From Gnetum montanum (lineage: Eukaryota > Plantae > Gnetophyta), in assembly GCA_015680685.1 (NCBI GenBank), contig MNCI01003186.1:639068-703067 (forward strand): a stretch of 64,000 bases of DNA, given 5' to 3'. This document shows, in pieces, positions 1 to 13,122 of this stretch. Each line of letters starts with the position of its first letter. Within the stretch, counting starts at the first letter, position 1. The position numbers were made by a program, and so were the translations under genes. Below the pieces are notes generated by a model. That model saw nothing but the letters and a program-made list of their open reading frames with translations, was not told the origin of the DNA and did no database searches.

Positions 1-699
1 AATATGTTGCATGCGATCATGACACAAGGGACTACCATCCCACAGAAGTGCAATGTCAAAGGGACTTGCAACAAGAGAGATATCATACATCCTTGAAGGA
101 TAAATGGCCCCATAACGTTCTGCATGTCTTGAGAGAAATTGAGGGTGGTGAACCAGGTTCAATAAGTTCCCCACCAAATGATGTTCCCCCTCCTAACAAT
201 GGTCAAGAGGTGGTGTATTAGAACCTACACTCCATAGTTCAAAACCCTAGTTCTAATCCCCATGAACACAAAGTGTTTAACAAGGGAACACAAACACACG
301 ATAAGGACAGATGTTCTGATCATGATCAAAGTCATGGCTGGGACCACAAAAGAGAAGGTAGAAAACACCATCAGGGCAATGGTTCTCCTTCTCCTTCACC
401 TTCGTCATCACATTCACCCTCTCCTTCTGTATCTAGACACAGCCATAAGAAAACCAACCATGAGGATAAGGGTAAATAGAGTGAAAAACACTGACGAGAT
501 AGTCGAGAACAAGGACAAGGGCACTCTAAGGAATCAAGGGATGGAATAAGGGAGAGTAGGGGGCCACGTAGACACCATAGACACTATGAAAGCGATGACT
601 ACGAAGAACTCCTACTCACAACTAGAAGCATGCTAGACATAACAGATGCTATGTGAATCCCCACAAGGTACCAGAAAGATAGTAGGATCAAGAGGTTAG

Positions 700-3600
700 A
701 CATGAATAACATCTCATGGTTTGGGGGGGGGGGGGGGATACAACACTGATCCTCAAAATCACTTACAAGAATTCCACAATGCATGTGCCTTGCAGAACAT
801 AGAAAATGAGTGGAAAAAATTGAAGTTATTCCCAAGGACACTAGTGAAAGAAGTGGAAAGCTAGTATCAGTCTTTAGAACCAGAATCCATTCGGAGGTGG
901 AGTACGATGTTAGAACTATTTAATGATAAGTACCAAACGTACTCCCAAGTGTCTAACCTGTGAAAGAAAATCCAAGGATGGAAGTAGGGAAATCATGAAT
1001 CCTTGGATGCTACCATGGACCGTTATTACGCACTGCTACATCATTGCCTGGGCCATGATTATTCGCAGTGAGATCAACTACGCCATCTCGTAGATGGGCT
1101 TAGGAATGAAACCAAGAGAACCCTTGGAACGTATGCCCAAGGGAGATTATTAGAGCTTAGATCTCATCAGGTTCATATATTGCTAGAGCAAGTAGCCAAG
1201 GAAGAAGGGGAGCTACATAAGAGAGAAAGTGTGGAAGAGTACAACTGAGATCCTTCCCTCCGAAAAAGGGGAGTGAGATTCTGTGAGGAGGAGGAAGAGT
1301 CACCACTCAAAAATATGATGAATAGGAAAACCTTGCTACATCAAAATTCAACAATAGAAGTGTTAGCAAAGTTAGACCAAATGTGGGACTCCTTAGATAG
1401 TAGGTTTGAAGCTATTCTTAAAATCGTAGAGAAGTCTAGGGAGCAAGGTAGTGACTATGACAAAAATAAAAAGAGAGAAGTGGACAATGCACATAATAGA
1501 GGTAAGGGTAAAATGGCCATCACTGAAGAGGTTGTGGATTCAGATATGGAAAATGATGGTGGATGTGAGATATGCCAATATGATCTTCCTAAGGGATGTT
1601 GCCCAGTAATCTCACACCTACAAGAGTTTGGGGTGTATGCACTCAACCCACGACTTAACAAATGGTAAGAACCCTGACGGTTACCTTATCCCCAAGGTAA
1701 CCTAAGGCAGTTTCACCAACCTTCAACATATTATCCAAGTGGAACTCCACCACAACCTAATGAGCAACACCAATAGTGGCAATACCCACAGTCATGGGGG
1801 ATGCCACCACCAAGGCAACAATAACCCTAGCGGCAACCTGATCGATATGGCTACTATGTGCAGCAGCGAATCTCTCCATGTAAATCTATTGGTCACGTGA
1901 CACCACAACATCACTACCAAGCTCAGGAGTATTATAGGACTCCTTCTCCTAGGGGAGACAACCCACAGACATACCATCCTCCAAATCCATCCACAACTCT
2001 CACACCGATAGCTCTGTTACCACCTGCTCCATCAATGCAAGTGGAACTTCCTTCTCAACTGTAATAATGCAATGCTACGAGGGATGTGAATCTTCAACCC
2101 ACTACTAGTTCTAACAACCATGTGAAGAGAAGACCTTTCTTTAGGACCAACAGTCCAACCAAGCCTCACAACCACAAGCGAGTGAACCTCTAAATTCCCC
2201 TCCATTAAATAAGGCTTTAGAGCTCCCTTCAAAACAAAAACCAAGCTCAATGCACATGGTAATATTAACACATGTTGTTACTGACTAGATTAAGGAGGGC
2301 CACCTTCCCATTTTCTAACCTCAAAAGCCCTCTAATCTATCTCCAAGTTGCTAGGAATGAATCCTGTAAAGCTCTTTTGGACTCAGGTTTCAGAGTCAAC
2401 TTAATATCGCAAGAGATGTACAAAGCCTGGAACCTACCTCCATTAAGAAAGAGTAATATTCACCTAGAGCTAGCTGACCAGTCCATCACTATCCCTTTAG
2501 GACTAGTGGAGGAAATCATTACCACCGTGTGTGGGTGGTCATATCCAGCTGATTTTCTAATGATACAAGTGAACAAAGGTAAAGGGAGCTTCCAAATAAT
2601 AATGGAAAGAGCATGGTTAAATACTATAGATGCAAACCTAGGAATCCGTGATCTTTCCCTAGAAATATCTAAGAAGAGAACTTTTGGAAAGATCGAGAAG
2701 AAGAAAGTTCCATGCATTGCATACAGTGACATAGGGTGCAGTTACATGTAGAGATCATGGGTTATGCAAAGTTTAGCATTATCTGCATGCAATCGGTGTG
2801 CACAAGACATAAATATACAAAAGTGTCTATATGCAGTAGCCACATGACAAGAAGACACTCAGTGGTTGATGGTTGATCAAGAGAGAAACTCACTAATGTG
2901 CATGGAACTAACTGAGGGAATAACTAGTGCTTATATAAAAAGCATGAATACACTAGAGTAGGTCCGTTGCCAACTTCCAAGTGTTAACCTTGAAAACATC
3001 AACTAGGGGAAGTTGGAAATTCCTAAAAAATTTAAACAAGAGCCCATAGATTTGAAACCATTGTCCACCAGTCTGAAATATATGACCCTTGAAAATGGAA
3101 AATTGGTGATCATCAATGCAAGACTTGTTCCTAAACAAAAATAAAGACTGCTAAAAGTGATAAAAAAGTGCTCAAAATCCTTTGCTTGGTCATACCCTGA
3201 ATTAACTAGAATAGATCCTAGGATATGCTAACATAGGATTTACACTGACCCTTCCATGAAACCGTAAAAACAACTGCAAAGGTGATTGAACCCAAAACTG
3301 AAGCAAGTAGTAAAAGAAGAAATAGAATCGCTTCTTAAGGCTAGGTTGATATATCCCATTGTTGATAGCAAATGGCCTAGCCCTCTGGTGATCATGCTGA
3401 AAAAAAGAGGCAAATGGAGGGTGTGCATAGATTTTAGGCTGCTAAACATGATAACATTTAAGGATCACTTTCCATTACCATTCATTAACCAAGTCTTAGA
3501 CATCATAGTAGGGCATCACTATTATAGTTTTCTGGATGGCTATAGTGGATACAACCAAATATGGATAGCCCTAGAAGATCAAGCCAAGACAACGTTCACT

Positions 3601-5040
3601 AGTCCTTAGGGAACGTTTGTATATAAACAAATGCCATTTGGCTTGTGCAATGCACCTACCACATTTCAATGCTTGGTTCTAAGCATATTCCAATAGCAAA
3701 TAGGAAATGGAGTGGTAGTCTTTATGGATGACTTCTCCACTTATGGAACAAGTTTTGACCAAGCCTTGGACCGATTAGAGCAAGTGTTGAAAAGATTCAT
3801 AGAAACCAAATTAAGGCTCAACTGGTAGAAAATCCATTTAATGGTCCAAGAAGGCATAGTTCTTGGGCATAAGGTTTCACATTTAGAAATAGAGGTAGAC
3901 CCAAATAAAGTTAGGGTCATCCAAGGAATCACCCATCAATCGAAAACTATCAAAGACATTCAGTCATTCCTTGGACACATTGGCTATTATAGGAGATTTA
4001 TTGAAAACTTCTCCAAGATTTCCAAACAATTGGTAGAGCTAACCAAGAAGGACACACCATTCGAAAGGACCAAAGAATGTCAATGAACATTCTAGGCTTT
4101 GAAACAAAATCTTGTAGAAACTCCCATTCTACAAGCTCCTGACTGGTCCAGACCATTCCATATAATGACTAACGCATTCAATTATGCCTTAGGAGCCATA
4201 CTTACACAGTTAGATGATCAAAAACGTCCTTACTACATCCACTATGCAAGTAGGAGTATTTTCAATGCACAACTTAACTACACAACTAAAAAAAGAATTA
4301 ATGGCTGTAGTGTTTGCACTGGATAAGTTTAGACACTATGTGTTAGGTTACAAAGTGTTCATCCATATGGATCATAGTGCAATCTGATTCCTCATGAACA
4401 AGCCAACAGTTAGCCCTTGTATTATACAATGGCTAGTAATCCTGTATTATACAATGACAAGTATAGGCGATATTGGAGAACTAAATTGAATGATGCTCTT
4501 AGGGCATACTCCTCCATTTGGAAACTCCCTATCAACTATTCTTCCTATGAGTTAGTGTACAGAAAACTTCCAAAGCTTTTGATTCAAACTGAGCTCTGTA
4601 CACTATCCATGGCTTGTGACCTCCATCTCGACCTTGATCTAGCATAAAAACAAAGGTTAGCAACTTTAAATGTGCTAGAAAAAAAAACTGATTAGCTGCC
4701 CTATCATCAAATGAGTTGCACAAGGCATATAACAAGCAACCTCATGACTTAAAAATTTGAAAGGTTAAGTATCAACCAGGAGATAAGGTTCTCTATTGGA
4801 ACCCCACACATGTGCCACAACACAAAAAATTTCAAACACTATGGGAAGGACCTTACCTTTTTCATTCAACCTTTCCTTTAAGGGCCATGACCATATACAA
4901 ACTTGAGAGCCCTGATAAGAGATTACTAGTCAATGTGCAATAGACCAAACCCTTCCATGAACTTAGAACAGCCAGTGTCCATAATACCTCTAAGAAGGGA
5001 TGACCTTGCTCATTATTTCAGATCTCTTCCTTCCAACACA
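700..5040 (+). pseudogene. Degenerate gag-pol of element A (gag ~700-1260, protease ~2330-2650, RT ~3150-4000, RNase H ~4100-4440, integrase C-terminus ~4457-4960; integrase core deleted)
   Basis: ALLDSG protease motif, LDGYSGYNQI, FMDD at 3721 and RNase H PFHIMTNAFNYALGA. Many stops and frameshifts. Comparison with copy C shows loss of the integrase zinc finger and core at ~4443-4456. Confidence 0.9.
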
Positions 5041-6907
5041 GTCATGGGGGAGATGGCCACCTTTGCTGATCATTTGAGGCCCTCAGTTCCTTTTTAAGTT
5101 TTTGTTTTAAAAATTTCTTTAAAATTTCTTCTTTTTGTTTTGCAATATCATTTATACTCTTTCATTTCTTTGTGTATTGATTATTTTGTTAGGTTCTTCA
5201 CCTAATAAGTGCTCCTGATGGTTGCATGAACTATATTCCATTGATTGCTAATGTTTGGTTTTTACCTTTGAGTCATAATGTTGATACTAAGGGATGGTTA
5301 TTTTGATATAAAAGGAAATGAGTCCACATCATCCATTCATCCTTGAATTTTTATGATCTCTCTCTTGGCTTGGAACTGTACAATCCCTTTCTTTAAATAA
5401 TAGAACTATCAACGAAGTGGTGACTGGGCATTTCTCAAATTCAGGAAGGACTCAAGGATTGAAAAGGGTGTGACTTCAAGGGGATTTGATGCATTTGTGC
5501 TAGCCATTCTCTTGGGTGCTTGAATGTTTTATTCTTGGGTTTTCCTTACCATTCCAACATTTCTCCATTATCAAGAAGTTAAGCCAATCAAAATAATAAG
5601 TCTTTGCATGGTGTGGTTCTCACAAAAGAAAATTGAAAATTCAAAGCACACTCCTTAGACTAAATAATCATCTAGGCTACAAGCACTAGTTATGGAACTA
5701 AACAAACATGTTCCCTCTAACTAAGGCCCTCTCTCACTTCCTACTCCTTCCTTTCTCGTTTCTTCAGAATGGTGATGACTCTTTGGCGAAAGCATTCTTG
5801 CTACTTCAATTGGATGGATTGGCCAAGTGTATTAATGTGAAGTCTCTGGATGTGGATTGTTTGAGGCTAGATTTGGAATGAGATCTACTAAGTCACATTA
5901 ACCATAAATACACAAGGGGCTGTACAACACCTTTTTCTTGGGACTCCATTCCATTCTCTTCTCCTCATCATTCTTTCTTCATTTTTCTAGCTCATTGCTA
6001 GTTGTATTAGTAGTCTATATTTTGGTTGATACATTGTTTTCTTTTTGGTAAATTATTATGGTTAAGACTTTAACTCTTGCTTCCAAATGACATTTTCAGA
6101 GCCTACAGACTCTTTGAATGTGGGGTTGTCAGGGCATTAAGGGCATGAGCCTACCTTGGGGAGGACCCACTGGCATTCCTATTTGGTGCATCAGTTAACT
6201 TCTTTCCCTTAAACATTGCTGTAATTAACATTTATTTTGTTCACTTCCACCTATGATGTGCATTTTATTGAAATTGCTATTATCTCTTTTTCTCCATCTT
6301 TCTCCTTCCTTATGTTTTTTCATTCTATTGCTACTAGAGGTTCACTCTTAGTCATGGGGGTCTTGGTCCAATTTTTTCAATTTTCTCCTACCCTTACACC
6401 TTGGGTAGTCATCAATGTTATATTTCTAGACTCTGTACTACCATATCGTAACTTAGCCAATGGACTGTACCACGAGGCAAGGTATCAATTGCATTGTGAT
6501 TTAACTATCCTTGCTAATATGATATTGTGTTTTGTGTGCAGATGGCAATCATACAACAATGGACTGGAGCTAGAGAAAACACTTAGGATGGACTGGTGCT
6601 GGAATAATCATGCAAAGAACAAGATCGATGGCATGGCTATAGATGAACAATGGAAGGCACAATCTTGGCATTGGAAACAATACATCATCTTCTTTTCTTT
6701 TCTCTCTCTTCTCTCTCAGTTGCCAAGTAAGAATGGATGTCAAATATGTATAGTATTCATTCTTGTAGTCATGAATACTAATATTGTCATGTATTGTAAT
6801 GATAGATCCGTTCACATGCCATCCCATTCACCATTAATGTCATTAAAATTAATAATCCCATACCTTTCCAATATTTCGTAAGGAACTTGAGGATGAGTTT
6901 TCATTTA

Positions 6908-6919
6908 GTCATGGGGGTA
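6908..6919 (+). promoter_or_regulatory. Polypurine tract of element A
   Basis: GTCATGGGGGTA directly before the LTR start TG at 6920; the same motif precedes the 3' LTR of C on the - strand (~31099-31110). Confidence 0.7.
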
Positions 6920-6952
6920 TGATGAGCTGCGATATCACGTATGCGATATCGC
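6920..6952 (+). repeat. Element A 3' LTR, first 33 bp (before B insertion)
   Basis: Starts TGATGAGC after the PPT; continues at 23331 by similarity to the LTRs of C. Confidence 0.85.
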
Positions 6953-8514
6953 TGTAACAATGGAAAATGTTGGTAGCTGGAAAATACCAAACAGAAATCC
7001 GTGTACACAGTCTTAACCATGGATCCGTGCGAGGGTCGTGCTGGGGAAAATGAATCTGCAGTGCCCTGAATGGTCTTGTTGATCGGACAGGGACTTACTC
7101 AATCAGTAAATTGACAAATATTGTAGATATTTCGTGGAACAATCTGATTTGATGAATCGCCCAGGGAGAAGAAAACAATGTAGATGACAATAACGTCAAC
7201 ATAACAAGAAGGATTGAATTTAAGGAAAATGCGCAATTCCAATATCTGTACTTTGACCCAAAAACTCGGTATATGATATACAAATTTCCAATGGAAAAAG
7301 CTCCGCTTATCTTGTGCGAAGCATACATGAAATGACAAGAAAACTATTCAACAAAGAGTATAGAATGGAGTTAGATCTACCTCATAAGCCAGAGATGGGA
7401 TGCAAGGAAGGTCAAGCTCTGACGTCTCTCGATCAACTGTTTCTGATCAATAAAACTTGCAAACTGTACCAGATGATCTTTCGATCTCTGATCTACTCCT
7501 TTTTGCCTTAAGTAGTTTCTGCCCAAAACTGCCAACGATCGCCAATGGAGAGAACTGTATTATCACCAAAGGACTAATCGCACCTACTACCAATGCTCAA
7601 GAAAAATGTCTTCTCTCTCTGCTAAAAGGTGATGCTGCCCAAAAGTTCAAGATGCTGGTCCTTCTTTTCTTCGTCAACTGGAGTATTTATAAGTTCGACA
7701 ACATGCGGAGAAAGCATGGCCCTGATGACACGTGTCCCGAACTTTCAAAATACCGTTGACCTAGTAAACTTTATGTTGAAACTGGCCATGTCGTGTCACA
7801 TATCCGGGAGAAGGGGCAACGTACATTATCAACACTTTTACCGAAGCTGCTTCACAATTACGCACAATACGCTCATCAGCGTATTGTGCGTGTGGATAGT
7901 AGATACATAACTGCTTTAGTCGGATTTACCCTATATTACACTTGTTTACGCTACATCGCATGGTAGAGTGTAATAGAGCAGTAGTGGATGCCAGCTGTTT
8001 TACGCTTATTTACACCGCAAAGCATAATAGAGCGTAAAGATGGTCAATTTTACAACGAATTATGCTTGTCCACACTGCGTAGCGTAATAAGCGTAAAGCG
8101 ACCAATCTGTAAGGAAAAGAAATCAATCTATAGCTCTTCCTTGTATTTTGACTTTGTCTTCTTTGAAGTTCATTACGCTGCTCTGCGTAAAGGAGCATAA
8201 ACTTGGCCCTGAGCAAAAGACTTAGCCGAGTATGTGACAAGTTTCTATCTTTAAACTTCGTCAAAAATGCCGAAGTAAATTGCTCTCTGATGTCGGGCTA
8301 CGCTAAATAGAGTTACGCTGAACGACATCATGCTATGTCGCGTAATGTAGCATAAAGAGAGAAAACAAAGTAAGTTTAGCATCTGTGAGAAACTTGGAAA
8401 CTTGATGTTGCGCGCCTCTGTGCTTCGTTTCGTCTTCTAAATTGCCATCGCAAACTCTCGCCCGAATCGCGAATCTTTGCCTGAGGCTGATTCATGATTT
8501 TTTACGATGTTTCA
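6953..8514 (-). repeat. Element B 3' LTR (1562 bp)
   Basis: Direct repeat of 21770-23330; + strand reads TGTAAC...GTTTCA. Confidence 0.95.
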
Positions 8515-8530
8515 ATGGCCCCTCTTTGTT
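8515..8530 (-). promoter_or_regulatory. PPT of element B
   Basis: Minus strand reads AACAAAGAGGGGGCCAT immediately before the LTR TG. Confidence 0.85.
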
Positions 8531-9579
8531 GACGGTTAGAGGGCTTGCCCGAAAGATGTCGACAAAGAATACAAAACACCGGATAAGTAAAAGTACCAAC
8601 AACGTTCATCAATGGTTACTCAAGTGTCGCCCTGTCAATGGAGAAGTGCAAAGATGGGGGGAAACAGAGGATAACAGGGTATGGGAAGGAATGTTTTACA
8701 GAGGTAGGAGGAAATAGGTTTGGGGAAGACTCAAATGAGGTTTGGGGAAGACACAAATGTGTGAATATAGTTTTTTTTCACGCATAAGCACTTTTTTTTT
8801 GCATCCACTAGGCGAGCTGCATTACGCCGGTTTATGGACTTGATTGTAATGCAGATGTGAAAAGCGTGCACTGTGTATGTACGTTTTGCGTAAGGGAAGC
8901 AAATGGTGGAGATGTAGGAAAGTAAGAACTAGAGGTAGGATTATGAGGAAAAATAGGGATGCACTCCTGAGTAAACTGGCAAACCTAAGCAGCCATCTCA
9001 AAGCATTGTCTGTACCTCACCGCTCAGATGAACGCACCTTTGAACAACATCCTCGTAGCAAGTAACTTGCAACCGAAGAAGTAAACAAAAGACACCATTG
9101 CTTGGTCAAATCTCCAGAGAGGTTGTTGAAATAGGCACCGTTTAAGACGAGACAGAGTGAGCAAGCTGCGAAGGAGGAACTGTAGCACGAGGCCAGGGTC
9201 TTCACCGTTGACACTCGGCCCAACATATCGTCGCCAAAGATTATCAGACTCATCGCACCCAACTGATTACGTATAGAACCGGCTAGGTGAATTTGTGAAG
9301 CCAGAGCCTGATAGCGATGATGAGCGGAGATCCCCAAGGTCATTTTTGATGAGAACTACTTTGGGGCTCTGGTTAGTGAAACTAAACTCTCAGAGGTACC
9401 ACCGCTGTAGTGGGGGCGGTGATGGCATCTCCGAGGGATCAGTAGTATGCCTTATAGCACATTCGAGGGATCAGCAGAATGCCGGTGAGGTAGCGACACT
9501 ACGATTGTCCCAGTACCCCACCCTATTTTTTTGTGCGGCTGCATAGAGACGATTACGCTTGCATTATTTGCATGATGGC

Positions 9580-10322
9580 AGCCTGCATGTCCCAGTTTTA
9601 AGTCCTGGTAGATTGTCGTTGCTGGTTTTAAGTCTCAGTAGATCATGGTCCTAGTTTAAAGTCTGGGTGGACTGGAAAATGCTAGTTTTACATCATAGCG
9701 GACATTGGTAAGGCTGATTTATGGCATCAGCAGACCGTGTTGTGGATGCCAGTTTCATGTCGTGGCCCAGGGACATATCTATGCTAGTTTTACGTCTCAG
9801 CAGACGGACACTCACCTATGCCAATTTTATGTCCTGGCAGATAGCCAGCGCCAGTTTAGCGTCATGGTGGACACGTGCAGAAATTGCCAGTTTTTTGTCT
9901 TGGCGGACCTGTACAATGCTGCCAATTTTACGTCGTAGCGGACGGTTGCAACTTGCTAGTTTTAAGTCGTGGTGGACGGTTGTTGCAGTTTAGCGTCATG
10001 GCGGACGCATGAAGGGAATGCCAGTTTAGCGTCGTAGTAGAAAATCATTGCTAGTTTAGCATCGTAGTGGATGACTGTTGCCAGTTTAGCATCATAGCGG
10101 ACAACTGTTGCCAGTTTAGCATCATAGCGGATGACTGTTGCCAGTTTAGCATCATAGCGGACGAATGTTTCCAGTTTAGCGTCGTAGCGGACGATTGTTG
10201 CCAGTTTAGCGTCGTAGCGGATGACTGTTGCCAGTTTAGCGTCATAGCGAACGACTGTTGCTAGTTTAGCGTCATAGCGGACGACTGTTGCCAGTTTAGC
10301 GTCATAGCTGACGACTGTTGTC
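9580..10322. repeat. 30-bp tandem array (consensus ~CCAGTTTAGCGTCRTAGCGGACGACTGTTG) downstream of B integrase
   Basis: About 10 near-perfect units at 10021-10322, decaying leftwards to ~9580; produces the spurious YDAKLATVVR repeat ORF. Confidence 0.95.
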
Positions 10323-10350
10323 ATACCTGATGTTAACACTGGATATGCAC

Positions 10351-12708
10351 TTAGATGTAGTACCGCTTCAGATATATATGATTTACAGGATTCGGTAACT
10401 CATTTTTGTTGATATCTACTAGCTTGAATGCGCCATTTTCATATACATCAGCTACCAAGAGAGGGCCCTCCCAGTTTGCAGAGAATTTTCCTACTAGTTC
10501 GCGAATGGCCTTGAGGACCAAATCTCTTTTCTTGATAGGATGCTGTTGAATATTGTGACGATGCTTTTGCCTCTGCTTGTCTTGATACTTTTCAATGATA
10601 TCAAGCGTCTGTATTCGCTTCTCCTCTACTGAATCCAAATCCATGATCCGAGACTCGGTGTGTTGGGCCTCATTTATAATCGTGGATAAGACCATCCACA
10701 GAGAAGGAACTTGCAATTCGAGGGGTAGCACCACCTCAGATCCATAGACTAGGCTATAGGGCATACTGTCTGTAGCTGTTCTGCATGTGGTACGATACAC
10801 CCATAGCACATAGAGGATCTTTTCATGCCACCATCTCTTGTTGCTGTCGAGCATTTTCTTGAGTAAATTGATAATGAATTTATTCGTTGCTTCAGCTTGA
10901 CCACTCGCTTACGGGTAGTAAGGTGAGGAACAAGATTGTCTGATGCCAAGATTGTCATAGAAAGATTTGGTTTCTGTACTACTAAATTGGGGTCCATTGT
11001 CAGTCACGATAGTCATTGGGAGTCCAAATCTGGTTACGATATTGTCCAAGATGAAATGACAGACCTATTGGGATGTAATCTTTCATAAAGGGATGGCTTC
11101 CACCCACTTCATGAAGTACTCAGTAGCTGTGATGATGAAGCTATGCCATGCGGAAGACTTTGGCATGATGGGCCCTATGATGTTATTTTTACAGATGATG
11201 TTGACCTGACTACGGAAGAGATAGTGCCTACATTTCTTTAGTGTAAACACTAACGCTAAGCAATTACGCTCTACTTCGTTGTACCTTGTTTCGTATGCAC
11301 ATAGGGCATGACTCAAGTAGTAGATGGGTACTTCTGACCCATCATTTCTCTTTTGATAGAGTAATGCGGCTAAGGCTACGTCCAAGGTCACAAGGTAAAT
11401 GTAGAACGACTGATCCCTTTGTGACGGGAATACCGTTGGCAAGCGTTGAAGTTCCTATTTTAGGCTATCAAACGCATGTTGGCAATCGTCTGTCCACTCA
11501 AAATTAACACCTTTCTTAAGGAGATGTTGCATAGGGTGTAGTTTATCTATTAATCTCGAGATGAACCGCCTGATAAACTGTAATCATCCTTGTAACCTGC
11601 GTAATTGCTTGAGATCTGTGGGAGGCATTAACTCGGCAATAGCTCTGACCTTATCAGGGTCTACTCGTATGTCGGTTTCTGACACCACAAACCCCAGCAT
11701 GCTTCTGGTTTTGACTCCAAATATGCACTTCTTTGGGTTGTGCCGGAGGTCGTATTTGGAGCATCTTTTAAGGACTAACTCCAGGTCTTCTGAATGATCT
11801 TCTGATTTCATAGACTTAACTGCTATATCATCAATATAATCATTCAGTCTTCCTAGGAGGTAATCACTAAATATGTATGTCATAGCCCGTTGATACGTCG
11901 CTCCAACATTTTTCAAACCAAAAGGCATCATGGTATAGAAAAAGGTCCCCCAGGGCATCATGAATGTTGTGGTCAATTGATGTTCTGGGTTGATGCGAAT
12001 CTGATTATATCCTAAAAAGCCATCCATGAAGGATAGAAGTGCATGCCCAGCTGTTGTATCGACTAGCTGGTCGATACTCGGTAGTGGGAAGTTGTCCTTG
12101 ATTGTGGCTTTGTTTAAGTCTCAGAAGTCTATACAGATGCGTATACTTCCGGTCTTCTTTGGGACAACTACAATGTTAGATACCCAATCCGAGTAATCGA
12201 ACGCACGGATGAAACCAGCCTGATATAGTTTGGTGATCTCGTCACGCACTGCTAGCATGATTTTGGGTTTGATTTTTCATGCTCTTTGCCTAATTTCTTT
12301 GATATGCAGGTCTAAGATTATGTTATGTTGAATTAACCTTGGATCTAGTCCCGGCATGTCTTCATATGACCATGCAAATACTGTGACGTTGTCCTGGAGG
12401 ATCTGTTTCATAGAGTCATGCATTTTCTAGTCTAGTAGAGAACTAACCTTAAGAGTTTTGGACTCACCTTTATGCGTAACAACAGAAAACTCACTGAAGG
12501 GGTCTTCGATTATGTCTCTAGCCTCCAGGTCTAGCGTGCGCGTCGATTGTTCTGGCCATTCTGGAGACGTTTTCGACGTGGCTATAGTTACGTCATCGAG
12601 GAAATGGTTAGTTTCTACTAATGTAAAATTGAATTTCCTAACTACTCTCCCGTATGGACCTGTTAATGTCAGGGGTACTGAAAAAGTCGCGTCCATTTGC
12701 CAACCGTC
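10351..12708 (-). pseudogene. Element B pol 3' part: RT, partial RNase H and integrase (in-frame deletion at ~11180 joins RNase H to the integrase core)
   Basis: ORFs 12427-12723, 11584-12027, 11083-11442 and 10351-10854 share one frame. Motifs: SFMDGFLGYNQI, YIDD, YYLSHAL...ERNCLAL, IIGPI...EYFMKWVEA, WEGP. Confidence 0.92.
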
Positions 12709-12983
12709 CTGCAAAATCACCAAATGCGTAAATGATTAGGAGAAAGCATGATGCGGTGTTATTGAGCGTGAAAAGCCAATTGAATTTTGAATATTGTGAA
12801 CAACCTATAATTAATGTTACCTAATTATGAGGTGATAAGGTGTGGTAGTTTAACGTCATTTTGGACAGTGGCGCATGCGATATCTGCTGCATTAATGCCT
12901 TGATTTTTGGGTTCCATCTTATGCTGACACTAACATTTAGGAAAGTCCTGTTTTAATCGGGCATCAAGTTGATTAATTTCGCA

Positions 12984-12989
12984 TATAAG
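12984..12989 (+). promoter_or_regulatory. Candidate TATA box of the antisense gene
   Basis: CATATAAG ~135 bp upstream of ATG 13123, followed by a purine-rich 5' UTR-like stretch. Confidence 0.4.
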
Positions 12990-13122
12990 TAGGGAGTTCT
13001 TTTTGAAAATGGGCTGTTGGCTATTGCAAACTTGAATTCTCAACTGTCACAGAGAGAGGAAGAAAGAGCAAAAGATTGCAGCATGTTATTTTCGGAGGCG
13101 TGAAGGTGTGAAAATTACAGCA

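Noticed and set aside
6237-6881. 214-aa hydrophobic ORF as an Athila env-like gene
   Set aside because: Starts at TTG, is T-rich, and is not an ORF in the homologous region of copy C.
7720-7750. Hammerhead ribozyme core CTGATGA in the B LTR
   Set aside because: No properly placed GAAA or closing stems found.
7095-8264. Duplicated small ORFs in the B LTRs
   Set aside because: They recur only because the LTR is duplicated; no recognisable domain, and several lack a true ATG.
8880-9550. GC-rich stretch in the B 3' region as a further extra gene
   Set aside because: Short overlapping ORFs on both strands with no motif or consistent splice structure.
9962-10339. Repeat protein (YDAKLATVVR)n or CRISPR-like array
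   Set aside because: Pure 30-bp tandem repeat with no unique spacers, in a eukaryotic TE; the ORFs arise because the period is a multiple of 3.
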